Assembly (NCBI GenBank): GCA_963768865.1
Contig: CAVYJL010000002.1
Span: forward strand, 443,336-507,335
Source of the DNA: an uncultured Coriobacteriia bacterium
GTDB lineage: Bacteria; Actinomycetota; Coriobacteriia; Anaerosomatales; CAVYJL01
Direction: 5' to 3'
Length of the DNA stretch: 64,000 nt
Numbering within the stretch: position 1 is the stretch's first letter; each line of letters opens with the position of its first letter. Under the pieces are notes generated by a model. The model saw nothing but the letters and a program-made list of their open reading frames with translations, had not been told where the DNA came from and did no database searches. A program made the translations under genes and the position numbers. Positions 41,715-50,254 of the stretch are shown piece after piece.

Positions 41715-42785
41715 ATGAAGTACGAACTCACGACCCTGCTGGTATCCACCGCGGACCGAGGCGGCTCCGACCTCCATATCGCCGCAGGGCTGCCGCCCAT
41801 GGCGAGACTCCAAGGCAAGCTCGTCGCCTTCGAGGGCCCCGCGCTCACCCCCAAGGACACGCGCGAGCTCGTCTACTCGATCATGAGCCAGCAGCAGCGC
41901 GAGATCCTGGAGACGCGCTGGGAAGAGGACCTGGCCTACTCCGTGCCCGGGACCGGCAGGTTCAGGGTCAATGCCTACTTCCAGCGTGGCGCGGTGGGCG
42001 CGGCCTTCCGCTTCATCCCGGACAACATCAAGGGTTTCGAGGACCTGGGCCTGCCCACGCTCACGCTCGAGTCGCTCGCGCGCAAGCCCCGCGGCCTGGT
42101 GCTCGTCACCGGTCCCACGGGCTCCGGCAAGACCACCACGCAAGCGGCGATGATCGACTACATCAACGAGAACCAGTCGGTCCACATCATGACCGTCGAG
42201 GACCCCATCGAGTATCTGCACCACCACAAGAAGTCGATGGTCAACCAGCGCGAGGTGGGCTCCGACACGCACTCGTTCGCCGATGCCCTGAAGTACGTCC
42301 TCAGGCAGGACCCCGACGTGATCCTGATAGGCGAGATGCGCGACTTGGAGACGGTCTCCGCCGCTCTGACCGCTGCCGAGACGGGGCATCTGGTGGTCGC
42401 CACGCTCCACACTCAGGACTCCATCCAGACCGTCGATCGCATCGTGGACGTGTTCCCGTCGCACCAGCAGCAACAGATCCGCGTCCAGCTCTCGGCGAGC
42501 CTTCAGGGTGTAATAAGTCAGCAGCTTCTGCCGATGATGTCTCTTAGAGGCCGTGTGCTCGCCTGCGAGGTGCTGGTCGCCAATCCGGCGATACGGAACC
42601 TGATCCGTGAGGGCAAGAGCCACCAGATCTCCTCGGCACTCGAGACCGGCCACAGCACAGGCATGATGACGATGGACCAATCGCTCGCGGACCTGGTCCG
42701 CCGAGGGAAGGTCACGCTCGACACGGCGCTCACGCGGGCGGTGGACCCGGCAGGGGTCCGCCAGCTGCTCGGCAAGAGCACGTAG
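41715..42785 (+). CDS. pilT: type IV pilus retraction ATPase PilT
   Basis: SDLHI, RFRVNAY, GPTGSGKTT, NQREVG, LRQDPD, AIRNLIRE. Confidence 0.97.
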   Translation: MKYELTTLLVSTADRGGSDLHIAAGLPPMARLQGKLVAFEGPALTPKDTRELVYSIMSQQQREILETRWEEDLAYSVPGTGRFRVNAYFQRGAVGAAFRFIPDNIKGFEDLGLPTLTLESLARKPRGLVLVTGPTGSGKTTTQAAMIDYINENQSVHIMTVEDPIEYLHHHKKSMVNQREVGSDTHSFADALKYVLRQDPDVILIGEMRDLETVSAALTAAETGHLVVATLHTQDSIQTVDRIVDVFPSHQQQQIRVQLSASLQGVISQQLLPMMSLRGRVLACEVLVANPAIRNLIREGKSHQISSALETGHSTGMMTMDQSLADLVRRGKVTLDTALTRAVDPAGVRQLLGKST

Positions 42786-42801
42786 AGGGAGGCAGGCCCT
42801 G

Positions 42802-44013
42802 ATGGCCACGTTCAGTTACACGGTTCGCGATAAGGCAGGCAAGGTAAGCAAGGGCACGCTGGACGGTGAGAACCGCGAGGCGGTCAGCGTCAAGCTGCGC
42901 CAGATGGGCTACATCATCCTGTCGCTCAACGAGGACCGGTTCGCCGCGCTCGCCAAGATCGAGTTCGGCGGCAGCAGCGTCAAGACCAAGGACATCACGG
43001 TCTTCTCGCGCCAGTTCGCCACGATGATCAACGCGGGCCTGTCGCTCACCAAGTGCCTGGCGATCCTAGGCCAGCAAACGGACAGCAAGGCGCTGCGCGA
43101 AGTGATCACCCAGGTGGGGAAGGACGTGGAAGCGGGCCAGTCGCTGTCGGAATCGATGGCCAAGCACCCGAAGGTCTTCCCGCCCATCTTCATCAACATG
43201 GTGCGCGCCGGCGAGACTGGTGGTGTGCTCGACGAGGTCCTCAACCGCGTCGCCGACCACTTCGAACGCGAGGGCGCCCTCAAGGCCAAGATCAAGAGCG
43301 CGATGACCTACCCGCTGGCGATGGGCAGCCTCGTCCTCGTAGTCCTCATGATCATGATGATCTTCGTGGTGCCGGTGTTTCAGAAGATGTTCGCTCAGAT
43401 GGGCGGCACCCTGCCGGCGCCCACGCAGTTCCTGGTGAACGTATCGTCGACCCTGAACAGCCCTATGGGCATCGTGATCGCCGTCGCGTGCATAGGCGCG
43501 TGGTTCCTGTTCCGGTGGTGGAAGGGCACCCCCGCCGGCCGGCTCGCCTGGGACACCTTCAAGATCAACATGCCTATCTTCGGGCCCCTCGTGCGCAAGA
43601 TGGCGCTGGCCCGGTTCACGAGGACGTTCGGCACGCTGGTCTCGGCAGGCGTGCCCATCCTGAGCGCCCTGGACATCGTGGGCGAGACCTCCGGTAACCA
43701 GGTGGTCGCCAACTCGGTGGGCAACGTGCGCACGGCCATCAAGGAAGGCGAGACGATAGCCAAGCCCATGAGCGAGGCGTCCGTGTTCCCGTCCATGCTG
43801 GTGCAGATGGTAGGCGTGGGCGAGGAGACGGGCGCTCTGGACGCCATGCTGAACAAGGTCGCCGACTTCTACGACGAAGAGGTGTCCACCGCGGTGGACG
43901 GCCTCACGTCGCTCATCGAGCCGTTGATGATGGCCGTCATGGGCGTGATCGTGGGCGGCATCGTGATCGCCCTGTATCTCCCGATGTTCAACATCATCAC
44001 GCTCATCAAGTGA
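42802..44013 (+). CDS. pilC: type IV pilus platform protein PilC
   Basis: FSRQFATMINAG, AGETGG, KSAMTYP, GEETGALD, LIEP, LYLPMF. Confidence 0.97.
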   Translation: MATFSYTVRDKAGKVSKGTLDGENREAVSVKLRQMGYIILSLNEDRFAALAKIEFGGSSVKTKDITVFSRQFATMINAGLSLTKCLAILGQQTDSKALREVITQVGKDVEAGQSLSESMAKHPKVFPPIFINMVRAGETGGVLDEVLNRVADHFEREGALKAKIKSAMTYPLAMGSLVLVVLMIMMIFVVPVFQKMFAQMGGTLPAPTQFLVNVSSTLNSPMGIVIAVACIGAWFLFRWWKGTPAGRLAWDTFKINMPIFGPLVRKMALARFTRTFGTLVSAGVPILSALDIVGETSGNQVVANSVGNVRTAIKEGETIAKPMSEASVFPSMLVQMVGVGEETGALDAMLNKVADFYDEEVSTAVDGLTSLIEPLMMAVMGVIVGGIVIALYLPMFNIITLIK

Positions 44014-44078
44014 ATCCGACCGCTTGATACCGTTCGTCGCCCGCCCGCGACCGCTTGAGAATCCTCTTTTGAAAAGCC

Positions 44079-44107
44079 TCAAGCTCCCGGTGACAACATC
44101 CCGATAT
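44079..44107 (+). promoter_or_regulatory. sigma28/WhiG-like promoter of the major pilin
   Basis: TCAAG-N16-CCCGATAT. Confidence 0.6.
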
Positions 44108-44168
44108 CCCCAGAGCAATCGAAACGGGCGGTGCGCCGCCCCCGAGAGTGAAAGGGGAGGTGGACATC

Positions 44169-44558
44169 TTGATCAAGATGTTCTGTCGGAAGGATGAGGG
44201 CTTCACCCTCGTCGAGTTGATGGTCGTCGTTCTCATTATCGGTATCCTTGTTGCCATCGCTATCCCGGTCTTCAACGCCGCCCGTGCCAACGCTCAGCTC
44301 CGCAGCTGCCAGGCCAACCAGCGCACCATCGAGGGTGCTGTGCAGACGTGGCGTGCCGCCGATCCGGGCAACGACCCCACGACGCTTGGTAGCGCAACGG
44401 TCGCCGCGGGCAGCGTGCTCGTGGGTCCGTATCTGAAGACGGCCCCGGCTTGCCCGGCTGCGACCGCCAACAACCTGTACTACCTGGACGCCACCGGCAC
44501 GACCGTCAGCGGTGACCAGAGCGCCGCGACGTGGGCCGCGGGCCACGTCCACTTCTAG
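44169..44558 (+). CDS. pilA: type IV pilin, probable major pilin 1
   Basis: Class III signal G|FTLVEL, strong GGAGGT RBS, own promoter and terminator. Confidence 0.92.
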   Translation: MIKMFCRKDEGFTLVELMVVVLIIGILVAIAIPVFNAARANAQLRSCQANQRTIEGAVQTWRAADPGNDPTTLGSATVAAGSVLVGPYLKTAPACPAATANNLYYLDATGTTVSGDQSAATWAAGHVHF

Positions 44559-44603
44559 GAGCCGATGACGGCGACGTCATCCACGGCTTCCACGGAAGCC
44601 TGA

Positions 44604-44642
44604 CAACAGGCCGGCGGACGAGTCCTGTCCGTCGGCCTGTTG
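44604..44642 (+). terminator. hairpin after pilin 1
   Basis: CAACAGGCCGGCGGAC / GTCCGTCGGCCTGTTG 16-bp stem with one G-U pair. Confidence 0.7.
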
Positions 44643-44764
44643 CTTGAAAAAGGGATCGGGCAGTGCCGCCGCCGCAAGGGACGGCCCCTCCGTCCCCGCA
44701 TCAGGTTCCTCCTGCGAGGCCGACGGATGACTGGCCGGAGCATCGGTGAAAGGAGGTGGGAACC

Positions 44765-45166
44765 GTGTTCCGTACGGATCTATCGTCGGACACCGGTTTC
44801 ACCCTCGTGGAGCTCATGGTCGTCGTTCTCATCATCGGCATCCTCGTCGCGATCGCGATCCCGGTCTTCAACGCCGCTCGCGCCCAGGCCCAGCTCCGTA
44901 CGTGCCAGGCCAATCAGCGCACGATAGAGGACGCCATCCAGACGTGGAGGGCCGACAAGGTAGGCAACGACTGCTCGACGTTCGGTAACACGGTCGTGGA
45001 CGTGGGCACGGTCTCGGGGCAAGCGCTCATACCGCAATTCTTCAAGGGTTTCCCGACGTGCCCCGCGGCAACGGCCAACAACCGATACCACCTGGATCTG
45101 ACGGGGAGCACGATCGACGGCGATCAGAGCGCGGCGAGTTGGGCCGCAGGCCACGTTCACTTCTAA
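44765..45166 (+). CDS. pilA: type IV pilin 2, paralogue of pilin 1
   Basis: G|FTLVEL; AGGAGG RBS; shares the alpha1 helix and the WAAGHVHF C-terminus with pilin 1. Confidence 0.9.
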   Translation: MFRTDLSSDTGFTLVELMVVVLIIGILVAIAIPVFNAARAQAQLRTCQANQRTIEDAIQTWRADKVGNDCSTFGNTVVDVGTVSGQALIPQFFKGFPTCPAATANNRYHLDLTGSTIDGDQSAASWAAGHVHF

Positions 45167-45197
45167 GCCGGGTAGACGAACCATACGCACGCGAGAC

Positions 45198-45229
45198 CGG
45201 GCCGAGCGACCGAAGGGTCGCTCGGCCCG
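45198..45229 (+). terminator. hairpin after pilin 2
   Basis: Perfect 14-bp stem CGGGCCGAGCGACC-GAAG-GGTCGCTCGGCCCG. Confidence 0.7.
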
Positions 45230-45329
45230 TAGTCGTTGTCGGTCAGGATGCGGTAGTCTTCGCGTGTGAAGAGGTCTCGTGGGATCGAGACCGGGGACCG
45301 TGCCACCCATGTTCCGAAGGACGGCTTCG

Positions 45330-46259
45330 TTGACGCAACCCCTGTTCCTGGTCGTCCTGGGCGTGTTCGGGCTGCTCTTCGGCAGCTTCGCCAACGTGGT
45401 GATATGGCGCTTCCCGCGCGGAGAGTCTCTGTCCCATCCCGGCAGCCACTGCCCCAACTGCGGACATGCCGTGCGCTGGTGGGACAACATCCCCGTCGCC
45501 TCGTGGATCGTCCTTCGCGCTCGCTGCCGCGACTGCGGCGAGCCAATCAGCATCCGCTACCCGGCTGTGGAGCTGCTCTCCTGCGCGCTTTGGGTCGCGG
45601 CCGGAGCCGAGTTCGGGTTCAGCCTGCTCACGGCCTGGGCCGTCTTCTTCTTCTACATCCTGCTCATCCTTGCGTTCATCGACCTCGATCTGCGGCGTCT
45701 CCCAAACGCGCTCGTAGCGCTGCTGGCCGCGGCCGGCGCGCTGGGCGCCGTCGTGTGGCAGGTCACGGGAGTCCCGGCCGCTCCGCTGGTAGGGGCGGCC
45801 GAGGGCTGGCTCGCCAGCCCCATCGTGGCCGCCGCCGCGGGCGCGCTCGCGGGAGCAGGACTCGCCGGCGCGATAGCGCTCGTGTACGCGCTCCTGCGCG
45901 GCCGCAAGGGCATGGGCATGGGCGATGTGAAGCTCCTGGGGGCGATGGGCCTGTTCATGGGCCTCTACGTCCTGCTCGCGTTCTTCCTGGGCAACCTGCT
46001 GGGCGCCCTGGCCGCGGTAGCAGTCGCCGCCTGGCGCAGGCGGCAGCCCGCCGGCCCCCACGGCCCCGCGCTGGTATTCGATGAGGACGAAGGCAGCGGC
46101 CCGTCCGCGGAGCCGCGGCCCGCGAACGGAGGGTCCGACATGCGTCACGACCCCGCGGCGATCCCGTTCGGGCCCTTCCTGGCCATGGCAGGGGTCCTCA
46201 CGGTGCTGTGGGGACCCGCCATCTGGGCGTGGTATCTGGGCCTCCTGCACCTCAACTGA
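45330..46259 (+). CDS. pilD: prepilin peptidase/N-methyltransferase
   Basis: GSFANVVIWRFP, CPNC/CRDC, FIDLD, GMGDVKL, IPFGPFL; start uncertain (45309 or 45330). Confidence 0.96.
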   Translation: MTQPLFLVVLGVFGLLFGSFANVVIWRFPRGESLSHPGSHCPNCGHAVRWWDNIPVASWIVLRARCRDCGEPISIRYPAVELLSCALWVAAGAEFGFSLLTAWAVFFFYILLILAFIDLDLRRLPNALVALLAAAGALGAVVWQVTGVPAAPLVGAAEGWLASPIVAAAAGALAGAGLAGAIALVYALLRGRKGMGMGDVKLLGAMGLFMGLYVLLAFFLGNLLGALAAVAVAAWRRRQPAGPHGPALVFDEDEGSGPSAEPRPANGGSDMRHDPAAIPFGPFLAMAGVLTVLWGPAIWAWYLGLLHLN

Positions 46260-46337
46260 GAGGTCCCCGCAAGGCGGTCGCATGGCGGCTTTCGCTTGCG
46301 CCGACGGTGCTCCTATGTAAATGTTTTGCTCGGAGGG

Positions 46338-46366
46338 CTAAGGTTCGGCCCCATAGAGGGCGATAT
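46338..46366 (+). promoter_or_regulatory. sigma28/WhiG-like promoter of pilMNOP
   Basis: cTAAGG-N15-GGCGATAT. Confidence 0.55.
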
Positions 46367-46497
46367 ACAGGCCGAGGGTCACGTGTGACTCGGCCCCGTT
46401 GTGTGTGGACCGCAGGAGCAGCGTTCGACCTCTCGTAGTCGCAGCCGACCATCGCAGCAGCGGACGTAGCAGTAGTCGTAGCATGAGGGGGACCCTC

Positions 46498-47628
46498 TTG
46501 GGCGCGTTCTCTTTCGGCTCTAAGTCGAGCGCCATAGGTCTCGACATAGGGACCGACCATGTTCGCGTAGCCCAGCTGAAACCAGCGGGCTCTACGCTGG
46601 CGCTCACCGGCTACGACTGGCTGGACGTCCCCATCGGCTCGGTCGTGGACGGCGAGGTCGTGGACCCCGACGCCGTGGCCGGAGCGCTCAAGGAGCTCTG
46701 GCGCAAGGCCGGCGTGTCCGGCAAGGACGTCGCCATCGGGGTCTCCAACCAGAAGGTCGTCGTCAGGCTCATCGATCTTCCCTACATGGAGCGGGCGGAG
46801 CTGTCGGGCGCCATCCACTACCAGGCGCAGGACTACATCCCGATCCCCGTGGAAGACGCGATCTTGGACTTCCAGATCATCGGCGACTACATGACGCCGT
46901 CCGACGAGCACATGATGGAAGTCCTCCTGGTCGCCGCGCAGCGCGATATGGTGGGCAACGCGGTCGCCGCGGTGGAAGGGGCGGGCCTGCGGCCCAACCT
47001 CGTGGATGTCACCTCGTTCGCCATCGTCCGCGCGCTCCTCGGCGACGCTCCCAGCGTGATGCCCGACGACTCGGACGAGGCGGGCCAGGCAACCGGCATC
47101 GCCCACATCTCGGCCGGACTCACCAACATCGCTGTGGTCGAGGCGGGCCTGCCCCGATTCACGCGCGTCTCCTCCCTGGCCGGCAACGAGTTCACGCAGG
47201 CGCTGAGCAACGTTCTCAACCTCACGTTCGACCAGGCCGAGTGGCTCAAGGTCAACGTGGGCCTTCCGGACTCCAGCGGCGCCGTGGACGCGCTGCCCCA
47301 GGGCGTGGACCCGGCTATCGCCAAGACCGTCCAGGACACGCTCGAGCGCGAGGTGAACAAGTTCATCGCCGAGATCAGGCGATCGCTGGACTACTACCTG
47401 ACCCAGACGAGCCAGGTGCGCACAATCAAGCGCATCCTGCTCACCGGTTCCGGTGCGCAGCTGCGCCACCTCGCCGAGTACCTCGAGAGCGGACTGCAGG
47501 CACAGGTGATCCTGGCCGATCCGCTGTCCCGCATCGCGGTCACACCTAAGACCAAAGGCCTGGTCGAGGCGGATAGATACGGCTCTGTGGCCGCTATCGG
47601 CCTCGCCATGGGAGGCCTCCAGTCGTGA
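46498..47628 (+). CDS. pilM: type IV pilus assembly protein PilM
   Basis: IGLDIG, YIPIP, LDFQ, VLLVAA, EIRRSLDYY, LTGSGA. Confidence 0.95.
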   Translation: MGAFSFGSKSSAIGLDIGTDHVRVAQLKPAGSTLALTGYDWLDVPIGSVVDGEVVDPDAVAGALKELWRKAGVSGKDVAIGVSNQKVVVRLIDLPYMERAELSGAIHYQAQDYIPIPVEDAILDFQIIGDYMTPSDEHMMEVLLVAAQRDMVGNAVAAVEGAGLRPNLVDVTSFAIVRALLGDAPSVMPDDSDEAGQATGIAHISAGLTNIAVVEAGLPRFTRVSSLAGNEFTQALSNVLNLTFDQAEWLKVNVGLPDSSGAVDALPQGVDPAIAKTVQDTLEREVNKFIAEIRRSLDYYLTQTSQVRTIKRILLTGSGAQLRHLAEYLESGLQAQVILADPLSRIAVTPKTKGLVEADRYGSVAAIGLAMGGLQS

Positions 47629-48329
47629 TCCGGATCAACCTCCTACCACCGGAGATAGTCGAGAAACGGCGGGTCGAGAGCCGCAGGCTCTTGCTCGTCG
47701 CGAGCGGCCTCGCGGTGCTGGCGGTACTGGGTCTGGTGTGGGCGTTCGGCGCTGTCGTCGTCATGAACAAGGAGACGACGGTCGCCAGCCAGGAGCAGGC
47801 AGCCAGCGCCGCCGCGGCGCAGGCCGAGCAGTTCAAGATCTTCAGCGACCGCTCCTCCGAGCTGGCCAAACGCCAGCAGGTGGCGGACACCGCCATCGCG
47901 GGCCGCATCGACTGGTCGCGCCTCATGTCCGATGTGGCCCTCGTGCTGCCGAGCCAGCTGTGGCTCGAGAAGTTCACAGGCACGCAGGTGACGGCTGCGG
48001 TCAGCAACACGCCCGGCAAGTCCTCGACGACGACGGCAACGGCCGGAGGCTCGGCCGGGGGTACCGGCGCCACGCTGAACCTGGGCGGTTGGTCGCTGTA
48101 CAGCTCCAAAGCGGCCGACGGAGGGTTCAAGCCCGTCGCGAAGCTCCTCGTGAGGCTCGACGGCCTGAGCCAGCTCAAGAACGTCTGGCTAGAGTCCGCC
48201 GAGCTCAGGACCAAGGGCTTCAAGAACCAGGACGCTGTGAACTGGGGCACTGTCGCGGACATCGCCACGCCCGAATCGAACGCGGCCTCGGCTACGACGT
48301 CCGTCGTGCCGGGCCCCGGGAAGCCGTAG
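47625..48329 (+). CDS. pilN: type IV pilus assembly protein PilN
   Basis: INLLP motif, TM, coiled coil, W..L...LP..LWL. Confidence 0.92.
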   Translation: MIRINLLPPEIVEKRRVESRRLLLVASGLAVLAVLGLVWAFGAVVVMNKETTVASQEQAASAAAAQAEQFKIFSDRSSELAKRQQVADTAIAGRIDWSRLMSDVALVLPSQLWLEKFTGTQVTAAVSNTPGKSSTTTATAGGSAGGTGATLNLGGWSLYSSKAADGGFKPVAKLLVRLDGLSQLKNVWLESAELRTKGFKNQDAVNWGTVADIATPESNAASATTSVVPGPGKP

Positions 48330-48341
48330 GAGGGGCGACCG

Positions 48342-48977
48342 ATGAACTTGAACGGCCGTCTAGAGCTCCTCATCGGTGCCGTGATCATCGCGGTGCTAGC
48401 TGTCGCGGTGGTGCTGCTGCTCATCGTTCCGCAGTTCGGACGGATGGGGGAGCTCGACGCGAAGCTCGACAAGGCCAACCGCGACATCCAGGCGGCCCAG
48501 GGGCTGCTCGCGCAACGGCAGTCGGCGAAGGCCCAGGCGGCGCAGACCCAAGCACAGCTGCTCACGCTCCAGAACGAGCTTCCGGACAACCCCGAGCTTC
48601 CCTCGCTGATCATCGAGCTCCAGAACGCCGCCAACGCGTCCGGTCTGCTGTGGGTGAAGGTCCAGCCTCAGACCCCGCAGGACCGGGGCGGGTATGAGGC
48701 CGTCCCGATGCAGCTGACGATGTCCGGCAGCTGGTCGGACATGACCGACTACGTGCGCCGCATATCCGACCTCGAGCGGCAGATCCGGATCACCGGCGTC
48801 GACTTCAAGCCGCAGGACCTTTCGGGCACCACCAGCGGTACGGGGACGACGAGCTCCTCGACCGAGACGAGCGCGACCTCGGGGCCGGTCACCTTGACCG
48901 CATCCATCCAGCTCGAAGCCTATGTGATGAGCGCCGCCACCGGGACGACTCCGACCGGCACGTCCACCGGCCAGTGA
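48342..48977 (+). CDS. pilO: type IV pilus assembly protein PilO
   Basis: TM, coiled coil, LPDNPELPSL, GSWSD...LERQI. Confidence 0.9.
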   Translation: MNLNGRLELLIGAVIIAVLAVAVVLLLIVPQFGRMGELDAKLDKANRDIQAAQGLLAQRQSAKAQAAQTQAQLLTLQNELPDNPELPSLIIELQNAANASGLLWVKVQPQTPQDRGGYEAVPMQLTMSGSWSDMTDYVRRISDLERQIRITGVDFKPQDLSGTTSGTGTTSSSTETSATSGPVTLTASIQLEAYVMSAATGTTPTGTSTGQ

Positions 48978-48993
48978 CGGGCAGGTATCACCG

Positions 48994-50119
48994 ATGACCG
49001 ACGATCACATCATCAGCGAGCCGCAGGGGGTCCCCCCGGCACCGGAGGACCCGGGCGCCCAGCCCGGTGCGCCCTTGGGGCCCATGGAGGGCCAGCCGGA
49101 GCCCGGCTGCGGCCTCCACCAGCCCGTATCTGCCTGCGTCGCCGCAGCCGACGGACACCTCGGCCCAGACGGCGCCCATCGAGACCACCCCGCTCGCGGC
49201 CCAGGTGCCGGCGGAGCCTTCGGCGGCACAGCCCTACGAGGCCGCCGTAGTCCAGCCGGGACCCGAAGGACCGCAGACGGCCGCATACCCGCTGTCCACC
49301 GAGCCCGCCGCGCAGCCCTATCAGGCCGCGGGTGCCGAGCCGCAGCCCATCACCGAGCCGCACGACGCGGTGATGGTGGGCGGCGTCGTCGCCCAGGCCA
49401 CGGGATCCTCCGCCGACGTGGTGCCGCCGGGTGAGACCGGCGGGGTAGAGCCTGCGGCCGAGGACACGGGCGCGCAGGGCAAGCCTTCCGGCCTGCGCCG
49501 GGCCCTTGTGATCGGGGGCGCCACGGCGGCCGCGCTGCTCGTCCTGGGTCTCGCGTCGCTCGCTGCGATCTTCGCGTTCGGGCTGTTCGGGTCATCCACG
49601 CCGCCTCCTGCGACCACCACCGGACCCAGCGCGGGCAGCAAGGTCGCGACGGGGACTTCCTCGGCAGGGAAGGGGAGCGCCGGACAGTCGATCGTGATCA
49701 CGTCCACCGCGGAGTCGGGAGCGGAGGCCGTCACCGTGACCGTTGTCACGAACGCGGACGTCTTCGCGGTCCGAGACCCGTTCAAGCCGCTGCTCGAGCC
49801 GCTGCCCGCGGAGACCGCGAGCACGAGCACGAGCACCACGGCGAGCACGACGACGTCCACGACGTCTTCCACCACGTCCACCGGCAGCGCCTCGGCCAGC
49901 ACGGTGGGCTCCGACACGCTCACTTTGGTCTCCATCTCCACGGACAACGGCGTTCGAGTCGCCAACGTCACTCTGGGCTCGACTCCCTACTCGCTGACGG
50001 CCGGCCAGAAGGTGGACGACAGCCCGTGGCAGGTCCTCTCGGTAGAGGACGACTACGTGATCATGCTGTACGGCGACGAGCAGATCACGCTCTCGGTGGG
50101 TCAGGGGCTCACCAAGTAG
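48994..50119 (+). CDS. PilP/GspC-like protein with Pro-rich N-terminus and TM anchor; frameshift near 49105
   Basis: Position after pilO; RDPFKPL motif followed by a C-terminal beta-rich domain. Confidence 0.6.
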
Positions 50120-50183
50120 CTGGAGAGTGGGCTCGCCGCAGCCTTCCTCGGGCGATCTTCCTGGACCGAGGGTCGTCGGGGTA

Positions 50184-50211
50184 TCAAGTGCCGGCGGCGC
50201 TTTGCCGACTT
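50184..50211 (+). promoter_or_regulatory. sigma28/WhiG-like promoter of the minor pilin genes
   Basis: TCAAG-N15-GCCGACTT. Confidence 0.65.
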
Positions 50212-50254
50212 CTTACATGCAACTATGTGCTCACGAGGAAGATCGGAGGATCCG

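Noticed and set aside
44701-44726. Extra sigma28-like sites before pilin 2 (TCAGG-N13-GCCGACGG) and before the ABC module (TCATC-N15-GCCGAATC near 29589)
   Set aside because: Spacing or the -35 match is poorer than at the four accepted sites.
44169-45166. Conductive (e-pilus) pilins
   Set aside because: Mature pilin 1 has about 8 F/Y/W in 118 aa and lacks the Tyr27-equivalent of Geobacter PilA; there is no support.
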